Below the pieces are notes generated by a model that saw nothing but the letters and a program-made list of their open reading frames with translations, did not search any database and was not told the DNA's origin. Below are positions 53,101-64,000 of a stretch of 64,000 bases of DNA, piece by piece. This DNA comes from Lama guanicoe (lineage: Eukaryota). The stretch lies in NCBI GenBank assembly GCA_013239625.1, contig MU053472.1, positions 2,701,822-2,765,821 of the forward strand, given 5' to 3'. A program made the translations under genes and the position numbers. Within the stretch, counting starts at the first letter, position 1, and each line of letters begins with the position of its first letter.

Positions 53101-55945
53101 TGCCACATCCTCACGAAACCTCCTCTGCTCCTTCCTAGTCAGCAATTTCTTCCTCTTCCCAATGCTTGTGGCCTTCCTCTGACTCTGCGTGGTAGTCACC
53201 TGCACATACGCATAGCACCCCTAAGAAGGCTGTCAGCTCCTGGAGGGGAGATCGTTTGTCAATAGCTGTCTCCTCCCCCCAGTACCTTAAATTAGTAGAG
53301 ATTTTTTTTAAAGTGAATAAAGTTTTTTTTCTCCCCAGTGTGGCTAATACCACTACTGGCCCTATTTCACAGGGTTGTCATGAAGATCAAATAACACTCA
53401 AGATGTGACAGTGCTTTGAAAAAGAAAAAAGATCCGTACAAATGGAAATTGCTTTGTAATCGTAATTATAGCAAACATCACTCTGGGAACCTGTCCACAC
53501 AGGATGGCTAGGAGTGGAGCTGTCTTTCCCAAACCCTTGGACAGGGAAGCACAAAGTCTGCGCATTTATTTAAATGCAAAACTTTTTAGGCTGTGGCCTT
53601 GATTTTCTGCTGTCTTCCTTTCCCCGTCACCCACCTTGTGATCACAAGATGAAATAAGTAAGCAGAAGCTCGGACTTTTGCACTGAACTCTCCTGCAGAG
53701 CTGAGTGGCGAAGAGCCAGAAAACCCAGGTTTCCATTCTTGCTCTACTTCCCTGCTTCCTCCAGCAAATCACTGAACTTCTCTGCCTTAATTTCCTCATG
53801 GGGCCTGTTGTAAGGATTTAATGATTAAATACAATACACTTAAAACAGCACTGAAAACAGTGCCTGGTACAAAGTAAGCAAGCTAGTCATTATCAAAGTT
53901 ACAATAAATCCACTGTGCTTCCTGGTACAGGGCCCATCCCAGGAGGTTCCTGGGAGCTAATCTTGATTGCTGGAGTCGTGTGGTTGGTTACAAAGAACAC
54001 ACCATGCAGGGGACGTGGGAGTGGGAACGGGCTGTTGCAAAGGGCAGCATGGAGCAGAGGTGTCTGAAGAGCCTCAAGGGTGTGGCCGAGTTTAGGTAGA
54101 GAAAATCTGGCTGCTGCAAGAGGTTTAGGGCCGACACTCAAGTGAAAGTGACTCTCAAGAGGCTGGGGGAGCGCAGAGGCAGCAAAAGGCCTCCTGTCGT
54201 TATTTTTGGCTTCCATCTTTTTAAGTAATGAAAAGAGGCTGAGAACAACAAGGTTCTCTGGTGACGAACAGCGCTGGGCTTCGGCACGTACTGCCAAGGG
54301 AAGTGAACCCGAGCGGCCCTGTTTCCAACACAGCCTGGTGAGGAGCCAAAGGAAGACGGGAGCGACCTGAACAGTCATCCCCCACCTTCGGGGAGAGGCA
54401 GAACCATCCCTCTTTTCAAATTCCAAACTGTCTCACTCCACGAAAACAGTTTTCCCCCCACCGGAAACAGGCTGGGACACAATTAAGCAATGCTGTCGGG
54501 GTGGGTCTGGCAAACGTGGCCTGAAGGAAAAAGCTGCTCATGCTCTGTTCCCTAAAAGGGATAGGTGGTAACAAAGGGAGGAGAGGAAAGGGGCCCTCGG
54601 AGACCTCCTTGAATGAACGAGGCTCTTCCCCAAAGGCCTGTGAGTGGAAGGCCATCAAAGCAAGTTGTCCACACTCCTCCCTGGAAACTCTGAAAAGGCT
54701 GTGACTGTCAGTTCAGATAGGTGGCCGAGGGGTCGCTCTGAGCCAAAGATGCCGAGAAAAAGCCAGAGCCTTCCCTTCAAGAATTCAGGAATGTGGTTTC
54801 CAACGCAAACAGATACTACACATTGTAGAAATAGTGCTGGAGTGTGTCCAAGCCTTCCCTTTACGTCCTTTGAGTCATTTGGAAATGGTTAACAAACGGG
54901 CTGAACACCTGGGCTGATTACCCCAGAAGGGGATTTCCAAACAGACTCTCTACTGTAAAATCATCTCTTCCCTTCCCTTCAGTTCCACTTTCTCTGAAGT
55001 GTGCCTGAAAGATTCCAAATTTTCTAATTCTGATTCTAGGCTTACTAAGCTAGAGCGGCAACTGCTGCTGACACAAAGAAACAGGGAGCCAAGCAACTTC
55101 GTGCTTTTTTAAAAAGGTTTATTTTAAATTAAGAGGAACAGATGTCCAATGTTTCAAAAAGCCACACATTTGTGGATTTGGCTGACAAACCCCCTAAGCT
55201 GCATTTCATTTCTGTTCCCAGAGAGTCAGCCGGCCACTTAGAACTGACTCACTCTCTGGGCCACAGTCTGGGACAGTGTCCCAACTACAGAACTAGAATC
55301 CAAGATCTCAAGTGAATCCAGGGTGTTTGGGTAGAGAGTGGGGGCCATCTAAAACAACTTAAAAAAAAAATCTTTATTTTAGTAGTATCAACACCCACAC
55401 AGCAAACTGTGGAAGGCTAGTAGGTCAAAAGAGAATGAGCAAACAGTTGGCACCTGCCTGTCCCAGGGCCACACAGTTCTAAAAGCAGTGAGTAAGCAGC
55501 TGCCCAGAACAGGTTTTTGTTATAGTCCCTCTTGTGAGTACTGGTTAAATATGCAAATACATGTAGGTTATTTGCTGCAATTCAAGTCCTCACCCTCAAG
55601 GGAAATGTATCACCTCAGGTGAACTCTTGGCCTTGCTGGGAAGGGAGGGACAGGAACCAAGCCCCTGACTACCAGACACAAATGACTCAATTGCTTCTAG
55701 AATTTTCAAGTACATTATGTGCTTTCTTTTCTTGTTGTCTTTGAGAATAAAGGAACAAAACACTTCACATGAAACAGTTTTGTGAGCATCTCATTTACTA
55801 TGTGAATTTAGTGAATACCAGAGAACTTTTGATCATGTGAGTTAGAGATGGAATGTTACTTGGCTTTCAAAAATGGCTATTATAACTCAATAGAAAAACG
55901 TTACAAAAAAAGGCAATTTGCCTTGTTAAAAAAAATGGCTATAAA

Positions 55946-56063
55946 AGGCAGGGGTATATAGCTCAAGTGGTAGAGTACATGCTTAGCATGTGCGAGGTCC
56001 TAGGTTCAATCCCCAGCACCTCCTCTAAAAACATAATAAATAAACCTAATTACACCCCCCACC
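55946..56063 (+). mobile_element. tRNA-derived SINE (Vic-1-like)
   Basis: TAGCTCAAGTGGTAGAG...GGTTCAATCCCCAGCACCTCC...AAACCTAATTAC. Confidence 0.9.
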
Positions 56064-57414
56064 GTGGCTATTTAACCTCCTTAGGTTGTCTTAACTTTTT
56101 GTGAGTATATTAATAACTATTTGTGAATAAAATAAACCAATTTTGTGTTTTTCCAACAAGAATGAGACTTTCAAGTCTATTGTGGAAGATCTGGGGTGCC
56201 ACCGAATCAAATATTTCTTTTACTGTTTAAAACCTATTTACACCCAGCAAAACTCACCAAATATTCCAGATGGAGTGCTTCTGACAAGGTACTAAAAGCT
56301 GATTATTCCCTTTTTCTTTCTCTAACTTCCAGTTTTTTTTTAGTATTAACTGTCTTTGTAATAAAAATAAATTAGAAAATGTCAACACTTAAAGGTGGGA
56401 AGGTTAGAAAAGTATTTTCAGTTATTTCATAGTAAATTTTGCATTCACTGTGCTTTGCACCTTAACCAGGCTAGCTGGAGGCCTATTTCTGGATTTAAGG
56501 TTTCGGTCTTACTAATCAAGTCATTAGTTGACTAATTTTTCCTTTTTTTTTTTTTATTAATTTGTATCTTGGATTTAGTTAATAATTTTTAGACAGAATA
56601 TTTACTCCCAAAGGCATATATGCAGAGAACATTTAAAAATCTATTTTTGTTTCTGGAGTAAATGCAATGTTGTAAAATTCTTGTACGCGTAGCAAACGCT
56701 GTCTTTGATGAATTAAAAACTGGTAACATACTAACACTTACAGCGTCTTAACATTTTGTCTGATCTAATCCTTATGACACCTGGCTATAACTCTATTTTT
56801 ATAGATGAAATCTAGGCTTGGTTAAAAACTTTCTCAAGGTCACATACTCTAGAGGCAGAAACCTAAACCATCAATAACTAACTAATGCACATTTACTTTA
56901 TTTACCTGGAAGCATAATCTGTGCTTAATCATTTTGAGTAACTAGCGAAAGCAGACAAACCTAAGCTGCCCAAATAAAGCTACAAACAGCACAGAGCACC
57001 CTGGAACACAGGCCATGTTTGTTTGTAAGGAGCACTTGCCACTACGTACACTGAATTAACTAGTGTGTTTCAGAAATGTCACTTCTAGCCTTGTCTTCTT
57101 CTGGATTTTTCAGAGAATGGAAATAATGGCCATTATCCAAATGAAATTAAAATTCCCCCTTTCTTCTAAGCTCCACACTCCAGCTTATGGTTTCACAGAG
57201 AATATAGAAAACACTGCATGTTCCCACCTCACACTGTTTGTTTGGAGGTGCTCCTCAGGACTTAAGTGTGCAAACTGAGGCTGTGTTGCAAGGTTTTGTA
57301 GTGCTTGATAGCAACTGAGAGTTGACACATGGTAAGACGCTGCAGATGTTTAAGACAGAAAATGACACTTAAACAATGTAGAGATGGAATCAAAAGAATT
57401 CCCAGGCCCTTTTT

Positions 57415-57420
57415 TTTATT
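57415..57420 (-). terminator. Probable pri-miR-21 distal poly(A) signal
   Basis: AATAAA on the minus strand ~850 nt downstream of the hairpin, followed by U/GU-rich sequence. Confidence 0.6.
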
Positions 57421-58268
57421 TGCAGTAATACCAAACCACTCATTTACAAATTTTCTGGTCTCCAGTTAGCTGGAATTAACTAGGTACGTCTTTGGGATTC
57501 ACTCTGGTGGATAAAAGAAAGGGACAAACCAACCGCTGGAACAGAAGGGTCGACTGGATCGGCTGCGCATGCCACACCTGACACTTAGCGGAGGGAAGAG
57601 GAAAGCTGCTCTTCATTTGTTTTCAAAGCAAATTCATTTGAAAGAGTGAACAAGCCGTTATCATGCGTCAAATGTATTATAATCATTTAGACCTTCAGCC
57701 TAAGAAAAAAGTCTTCCTTTTTTTGAATACCTTACCCTGAAATAAATTTACCAACTAACCCCAAAGCTTTCGTACAAATAGTACAATTCATATTTGCTTT
57801 CCTCTTTCCTTTCTTCAGACAAACACCAAATAAAATGCAGGTGAAGGAGATGAAACACAACAGGAAGCTGATTTAGAAACACACTAACCCTGAAGAATCT
57901 AAAAACTTACGTTGGTTAATGTGAATCTATAGAAGATAAAGCATTCGGTTACTGCTTTTCAAGCAAGGTTAAAAGCCACACGGCCAGAAGGTCCCTGGGC
58001 AGGGAAGAAAGACCGTTAAGAAGTAACCTTTCCAAAACCCACAAAGCAGGTTGCTTGTCCGTTATTTATTTAGCTTTGCTCACAGAGACTAACCCAATCT
58101 TCCAATAAATCCTCTTGATACTACCGCAATATCATGGCATAAAAGATTCAAAGTGCCACTAGACATAAGAACCAGTTTTTTTTTTCCCCTTAAACTTGTA
58201 AACCATGATGCTGGGTAATGTTTGAATGGGAACATTTGATATGGATGGTCAGATGAAAGATACCAAAA

Positions 58269-58340
58269 TGTCAGACAGCCCATCGACTGCTGTTGCCATG
58301 AGATTCAACAGTCAACATCAGTCTGATAAGCTACCCGACA
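58269..58340 (-). ncRNA. MIR21: pre-miR-21 hairpin; 5p arm at 58312-58333, 3p arm at 58275-58295
   Basis: Exact mature UAGCUUAUCAGACUGAUGUUGA; 3p arm CAACAGCAGUCGAUGGGCUGU; complementary arms; lies just downstream of VMP1. Confidence 0.99.
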
Positions 58341-59649
58341 AGGTGGTACAGCCATGGAGATGTCACGACGGAGGCAAAACAAGCGGACATTCAGGCAGGA
58401 TTTGATGAAACAAACCAGGCATTTCTGGCCTGTTCACATTTAAACCCAATTCTACATTCAACATAATTGTCAGTACCAATTTTCCTAAAGGAAAAAAGTA
58501 AAATTGTTTATTTTTTTCCCAAGCAAAACAAGATGAGCAAGTTCAACCAGAAACATCCCAGAGGTAAAATCACATAAGGACAAAACACACACTGAAGACA
58601 AGAAAATTAGGTTACACATAAAAGTAAATTTCTGTCTGTTAAAACCAGAGTAAGTGCTAAATTAAAAATGGATATGAGAAAGGTCTTTTTTTTTTCTTTA
58701 AAGTTATCATTCTCTCCAGTGTCCTTTATCATCTCTTCTGTTTTCACAAAGAAATCCCCTCAATACGCCAGTCCCCAAGGCGCCATTTCCTCAGCGTGTA
58801 GCTACTGAGCAGTCCCATCCTAGCAAAAAATGCCTCGGTGGTAGCTCTTTCACTCAAATAAATAAAGGCTTAAGAAATTGTGGTGGTAGGTGAATTTGGT
58901 AAGGCTGCATTTAGCTGGTAGAGGTTAAAAGGAAGTAAAAAAAATCAAAACGCTCAAGAAAACGGACACAATTTTGGAATGATCAAAGGTGTCTTTATAA
59001 AGTTTTTCATGACTTCATTCTAAATATACAGAATAAAAAATGGTGTCAGCTCATTTGTGAGCCACCAACCAGATTTTCCTTATACTGTCTCAAAATTTAA
59101 AGATCAGTTTCCCAAGAGGGTGTGCAACGCATCATAAAATGGCCTTTTTTCAAAGGTGGGAAAGACTGGGCAGGATGGCATATTAAATTTTACCATGATA
59201 GACATGCACGACTGGTATCCAATCTAGTATAATTTATATACATTTTGATGACTTAGAAAAACAAAGAAGTCATTTGTTACAACCTGAAAAAAGCCTGACA
59301 TATTTAACGTATTAGGAACTTTTTTTTTTTTTTGGTGTCCGGAATTCTTTAATCGTACCATGTGGACCTTTGAAAGTAACAAATAGAAGGCCAGTTTCTG
59401 TTAAATTTGCTGCTGACCATCACATTCCACCCTAATAAAATACAACTTGGATTGAACTGAGGGTGGATACCTTACCTTAACACACAAAGGAAAAGTATGT
59501 CAGTGCAAAATATGGGCTAAACTGCTTTCAGGGGGAAAAAAAAATTTGATACAGGTCGGAAAAGGGAATTTTCCTTCCTGGTTTGGAGTCCTCCCAATTT
59601 AAGGCAGAACCCGTCCGTATTAATTTTTGCAGTTAAAAACTTTTTCTGC

Positions 59650-59793
59650 TTATTTAGTTTTCTCCTCTGAGTTCAACCGCTGCTGGATTCGTTTGGCATA
59701 ACTTTGTGCCATGGAGTTAATGATGGACAGGATGAAGTAACACACCATTATAACGACCAACTTCTCAAACAGCCAGGACAACCAGTTTTCTCC
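59650..59793 (-). CDS. VMP1: Vacuole membrane protein 1 last exon ([14 protein letters not shown]...RLNSEEKTK*)
   Basis: Recognisable VMP1 C-terminus; cctgcag acceptor; TAA stop. Confidence 0.97.
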   Translation of the reverse strand, partial: GENWLSWLFEKLVVIMVCYFILSIINSMAQSYAKRIQQRLNSEEKTK

Positions 59794-60904
59794 CTGCAGG
59801 AATGAAGGCAGAACAACCCATGAGAAATGCTTCATTAGTTCAGTAGTAAAAGGAGGATTACCTACCATGTTTTAATGAAAATAAGGAGAACTTGGAGCTT
59901 AGAACCTATAAAGCCGAAACAATTAAAAACGAAAAGTCTTGTGTTTTCAGCTACTGTGAAACCTACATTCAGGCCTTTTTATACGGAGTTAATAAGATTT
60001 CACTTTGTTGGATATAAAGTGCAGGTTGATTCACATAGTTTAGGGGGACAAGAGTGAGGTCATTTCTTGTTTTTCTTTTTTGATTAAATTCTACCTGAAG
60101 TAACCCCGTAGATACTTGTAGACTGTAGTGTCAAGATACTTTTATAATATATATATGTAAATATATTATATCTCCAGTATTAGGAGCAGCTTTTAAAATA
60201 TAAATGTTATCTATTTCTGAAGTCATGTTTGGTCTACTGAGGGCAGCAAAGGGCCACATAAAGAGTGCAAGGCCTTCAAATAAAAAAGCAAACAAGAAAC
60301 ACACAAAAATTAAAACTATGCTTCCTTCAACTTTCCCACTTCAGGTCATTGCCTACTCATCCTCTTCTGGTCACTTCCTTTTGCCACAGAGCTGTTTATA
60401 GAACAGGCAGGCTTCGTTTAATTTAAAAGTTTTTAAGTTCAGCTATGTTAACAGCTTTGATTTCCACTAAAAAAAAAAAAGATTTTTCCACCTATGAAAA
60501 GAAAACTAGAGTAAAAATGAAGGAAGATATTTAAAGGACCTCACTAAGTTCAACACTTTGTTATGCAATAAATTTTAACTTTAATCCACTGGGAAAGTTT
60601 ACTTGCTAATCAATCATTTAAGATCAAGAAGCAAACTCATTTTACGTAACAGACCTATTATTTTCCATTAGCTCAACCCTGGTTTTGGGGAGAAGATGTA
60701 CAGAAGAGAAATCACATTTTCTGATTCAGACAAAGACAAATTTGCCAGTAGAGAGTAAACAGAACCTCGCACTTCTGTTAAAGAAGACAGACAAACAAAC
60801 CTCTATCTACTCTATTTGCCTAAAAATGCCAGGGAGTGCTATGAATGTAATTTCAGCCTGAAACCGTCGGGGTGGGGAAAGGAGAAAGCAGAGGGAAGTC
60901 TCAC

Positions 60905-61007
60905 CTGCGGTGTGCCCATTTCGCTTTTGTGGTGAAGCTTCTGCCGCTGGGCCTCCAGGTATTCCTGGAATGGCTTCTGCAGAGATGGACCTATGCCGGG
61001 GACAGCA
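60905..61007 (-). CDS. VMP1: VMP1 penultimate exon ([34 protein letters not shown]); upstream exons lie beyond the window end
   Basis: cttcag/gtgaga; 103 nt; in frame with the last exon. Confidence 0.97.
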
Positions 61008-61299
61008 CTGAAGCAGGGTACAATAACCCAAGGAAAAAAGATACATTTGGGAAGAAAAGCAGGAAAAACGTTAAAGAAAAATCCACTTACCGCCTCGACT
61101 CAAGAAGCAGGGATTAGATAGAGGAAAAGTAAAGTACAATCAGCAGAGCTGGCAAAACCCTGGGAGCTCTTTGCAGTGGATAAAAATCCATCCTTTAACA
61201 ACCCCATAAGGGAGGAAAATCTCTCCCACCAACGTGTTTAAGAAGAAACTAGGGGCTGAGGGTCCCTTCTAGCAGAGGAGTGAGTTCTCAGAGTGAGGC

Positions 61300-61620
61300 C
61301 AGCCCGGCTGATGCTGCACCCTGGCGTGGTACAAAGAATAAAATGAATGACTTCTGAGAAGTCTCACATTTATCACCACCAGTTCCTGTAAGAACTGGTT
61401 TGAACCGATTAATAAGGAAATGACTTATGCTTGTGTCATCCCCAGTTGAAAAAGAAACTGCCCGCCCTCTCTCTGACTTGTCCCATCTTCTCAGAGGGGG
61501 CGGTCCTTTCTCAATCCAAGTCCTTATTAGGACAATCTGTGCGTCATCCTTATCCAAAAAGAATGCATTAGCAAATTTGGGAGGCACCTCCCACTGGTCA
61601 GAAGTCAGTGATTAACAAAG
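61300..61620 (-). promoter_or_regulatory. Intronic miR-21 promoter (miPPR-21-like)
   Basis: CArG box CCTTATTAGG at 61522-61531; STAT-type sites at 61352-61360 and 61383-61391; AP-1/CRE-like sites at 61421, 61432, 61540, 61609; GC boxes; TATA-like GATAAAT (minus, 61368-61374); position matches the known promoter upstream of the penultimate VMP1 exon. Confidence 0.8.
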
Positions 61621-64000
61621 GAACAAAGAAAGAACTATGAACCTTGAATCACTTCGTGGTTTATGGTAGACGGTTTGCACAGAAACTACAGTACATTACT
61701 AAACAACTTGTTCTGAGATGATTGGGATCTCAGGGTGATCTCTGATAAGTTTATGTGCTCGGAGCTCCCTCTCACCTAGAATACGTGGAGGCAGCGCTGT
61801 TAAACCGGTTTGGCAACTGCAGCCATCGGGCTCCCGGTTTAGAAATGCTTGCAGGCATTTAAAAAAAAAAAAGGTAACTTGGGGGCAACTTAGAAAACCA
61901 AACATCTCTATTTTCTATACCCTTTATTTTCTCATCTGTCATAATTGGGCTAAAAGCTAAATGAGCCCAACCTTTTTCCTGGGGCCAACAAAAGGTATTT
62001 TATATATTTGCAACAGTGCTTAATACGTTCTCCTTTTAAAGTAAGTATTAAATTAATTTCACCTCCTTTCTTTCCCTACAATAATTCAATTGCTGCTTTC
62101 TGTAACAAAAAGCAAGAGTAGAGGAAAAGAAATTTTTGGCTACTATATTTACCAGAGGTTAACAAGTATATAACTCCTGGCTGATACTTTTCTTTGATCC
62201 TTTTAATTATCAACCACCAAACCCTTAATAGAGTCCTTGTTTTGTATCCAACACTGTAATTGGTGCTATGGGAAAAGAAAAAAATTACAAGCAATGGGCT
62301 ATGTCCAAATCATTATGTAGATTCAAAACACACACGAACTAATTTATGAACAAAGAATTTACAAATCAGTACTAAGTTTCTCCATTTTTGGTACAGAAGT
62401 TTCCAAAGAAACTGAAGGGACAAGAGATCGGTGTGGGATGAAGTTGTTTAAAAAGTCCTTTAATAAATACTGAAGTATATGTAAAAAGGCCTGAATAGAC
62501 ATACGTAGTAGAGGCAATGACTGCACTGATGGTTCCAAAAGACCCATATGACAGACATCGAAGATGGAGAAGGGCAAAGCCCCTTAACCCACAGTCTTCT
62601 CTCCCTCTCACAGACTTTCAAGCGGCCTTGTGTTAGTAGTGTAAACCCAGAAGAGCTGTCTCTGAGCTCTGTTGCTGTTTACCAGTCGGTAATGACTCTT
62701 CTACAGAGGAGCAACCATAGGACAAACTTTCACTTTAAGAGATTTTCCTTGAATGGTTTCTTATGTAACACATAAAGGAATGCAAATAGCTCATCCACTT
62801 ACACTTGAAATAAACCACACGAATATAAAAAGAAAAACCTAGTAAAATAAATGCCCAAGATTGGCTTTGAAGACTAGATTTATAAGATCTTTCCCTCAGA
62901 AATCAATTCATTCGCCCTTAATAACAATACCTTATGTCATTTTTTTTAAGTTAAGAAAAACTTTATTTAGAGGCTGAAATGATTAGATGCTTATCTGAAC
63001 AGCTAGGCTGTACAAGAAATGACTTGAAAATTCCCTTTTTGATGTCCTCCAAGAGATGGATTCCATTATATATGTCTTGTTCTTTCTTCAGACGTCTGAC
63101 TTCAGACTAGAGTTGAGCAGAAATATGGCTTACAGTTTTCCTCAAGTCATTCTAGGGCTCCAGGGTCAAGCCATTATTTAAAGGGAAAATTAAGAACCAT
63201 AGCCAATGTTAGAAAGATTCTACCTTGTTGTTGCTTAAGGGAAGGAGGAAGGGACAGGCAACAATCATTGTAAACTCCCTTCAAAATAACTGGAAAATGT
63301 AAATGATTTGCCATTGTTAAGTCCATTAAGAGCTACTATTTAGCTAATAGAGACTGTGTCATGATACATTTACATGATGTGTAACTTTCAAAGAATTATC
63401 TTGGGCTAATGCAGAAATTAATTTTTCAAGGTGCTATGGTATGTATGGTGTTACCTGCTTTGGAGAGATTTGGTGGTGGAATGGGAGATGTAATTTCTCA
63501 TAAGAGACTAGGAACAGTTAAAAACAGAGAAGAAGTTAAAGGTTTTTATAGCAATATATTAATCAAAACTATCATGAACAAATGCCACATGATCTAAGTA
63601 AATCTAAAAAGTTAACATATTTGAAATCTAGGTATTAAGTGTTACATAGTGAGTTACCTCTTAATTTTTAAAATATATTCATCAAAATTTTAGTCTTATT
63701 TTCATTTCTCTATGTCTACAAACAATGGCTTAGGCCACACATGCCTCAGGTTGTACAAAGCATTCTTATACTATAGTTTTCTTAATTCTTGAGAGCTTAA
63801 CTAAAGCTCTTTGAGTAATGGCCCAGATAAAAATGGAAATTACAGCTTTCACTCTTAACATGCATTTAAGGAAAATAATAACACCATGTCAGAACTTCAT
63901 CCTTCAAGTTATTTTCAAGCAGCAGACAGAAGTAAGAGTTCATTCTGACATTCAGGATTAATTTAAGGTACACACATGAGGAAAATGTGGAGGAATAACT

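Noticed and set aside
53899..54426. Longest ORF in the track (175 aa, minus strand)
   Set aside because: Non-ATG start, no recognisable domain and no supporting exon structure; likely a chance ORF in GC-richer intergenic DNA.

Overview
Mammalian genomic DNA covering the conserved VMP1-MIR21-TUBD1-RPS6KB1 locus; the tRNA-derived SINEs and L1 3' ends suggest a camelid (inference). Minus strand: RPS6KB1 coding exons 1-12 (27047 down to 1181; the remaining exons lie beyond the window start), pre-miR-21 (58269-58340), the last two VMP1 exons (60905-61007, 59650-59793) and the intronic miR-21 promoter (~61300-61620). Plus strand: a complete TUBD1 (delta-tubulin) gene with a non-coding first exon and 8 coding exons giving 453 aa, head-to-head with RPS6KB1 across a ~0.5 kb CpG-island promoter. 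The rest is intron or intergenic sequence with SINE, L1, L2, MIR, MLT1, Tigger and MER elements. No new gene system was found. The most notable observations are: a periodic (~40 bp), same-orientation array of eight NRF1-like CATGCG motifs in the bidirectional promoter; a strong-context uORF whose stop overlaps the p85-S6K1 start; an Arg-to-Pro change in the p85 poly-Arg motif; and a three-cassette plus poly(A) module in RPS6KB1 intron 6. Repeat family names and cross-species comparisons come from memory, not from searches.
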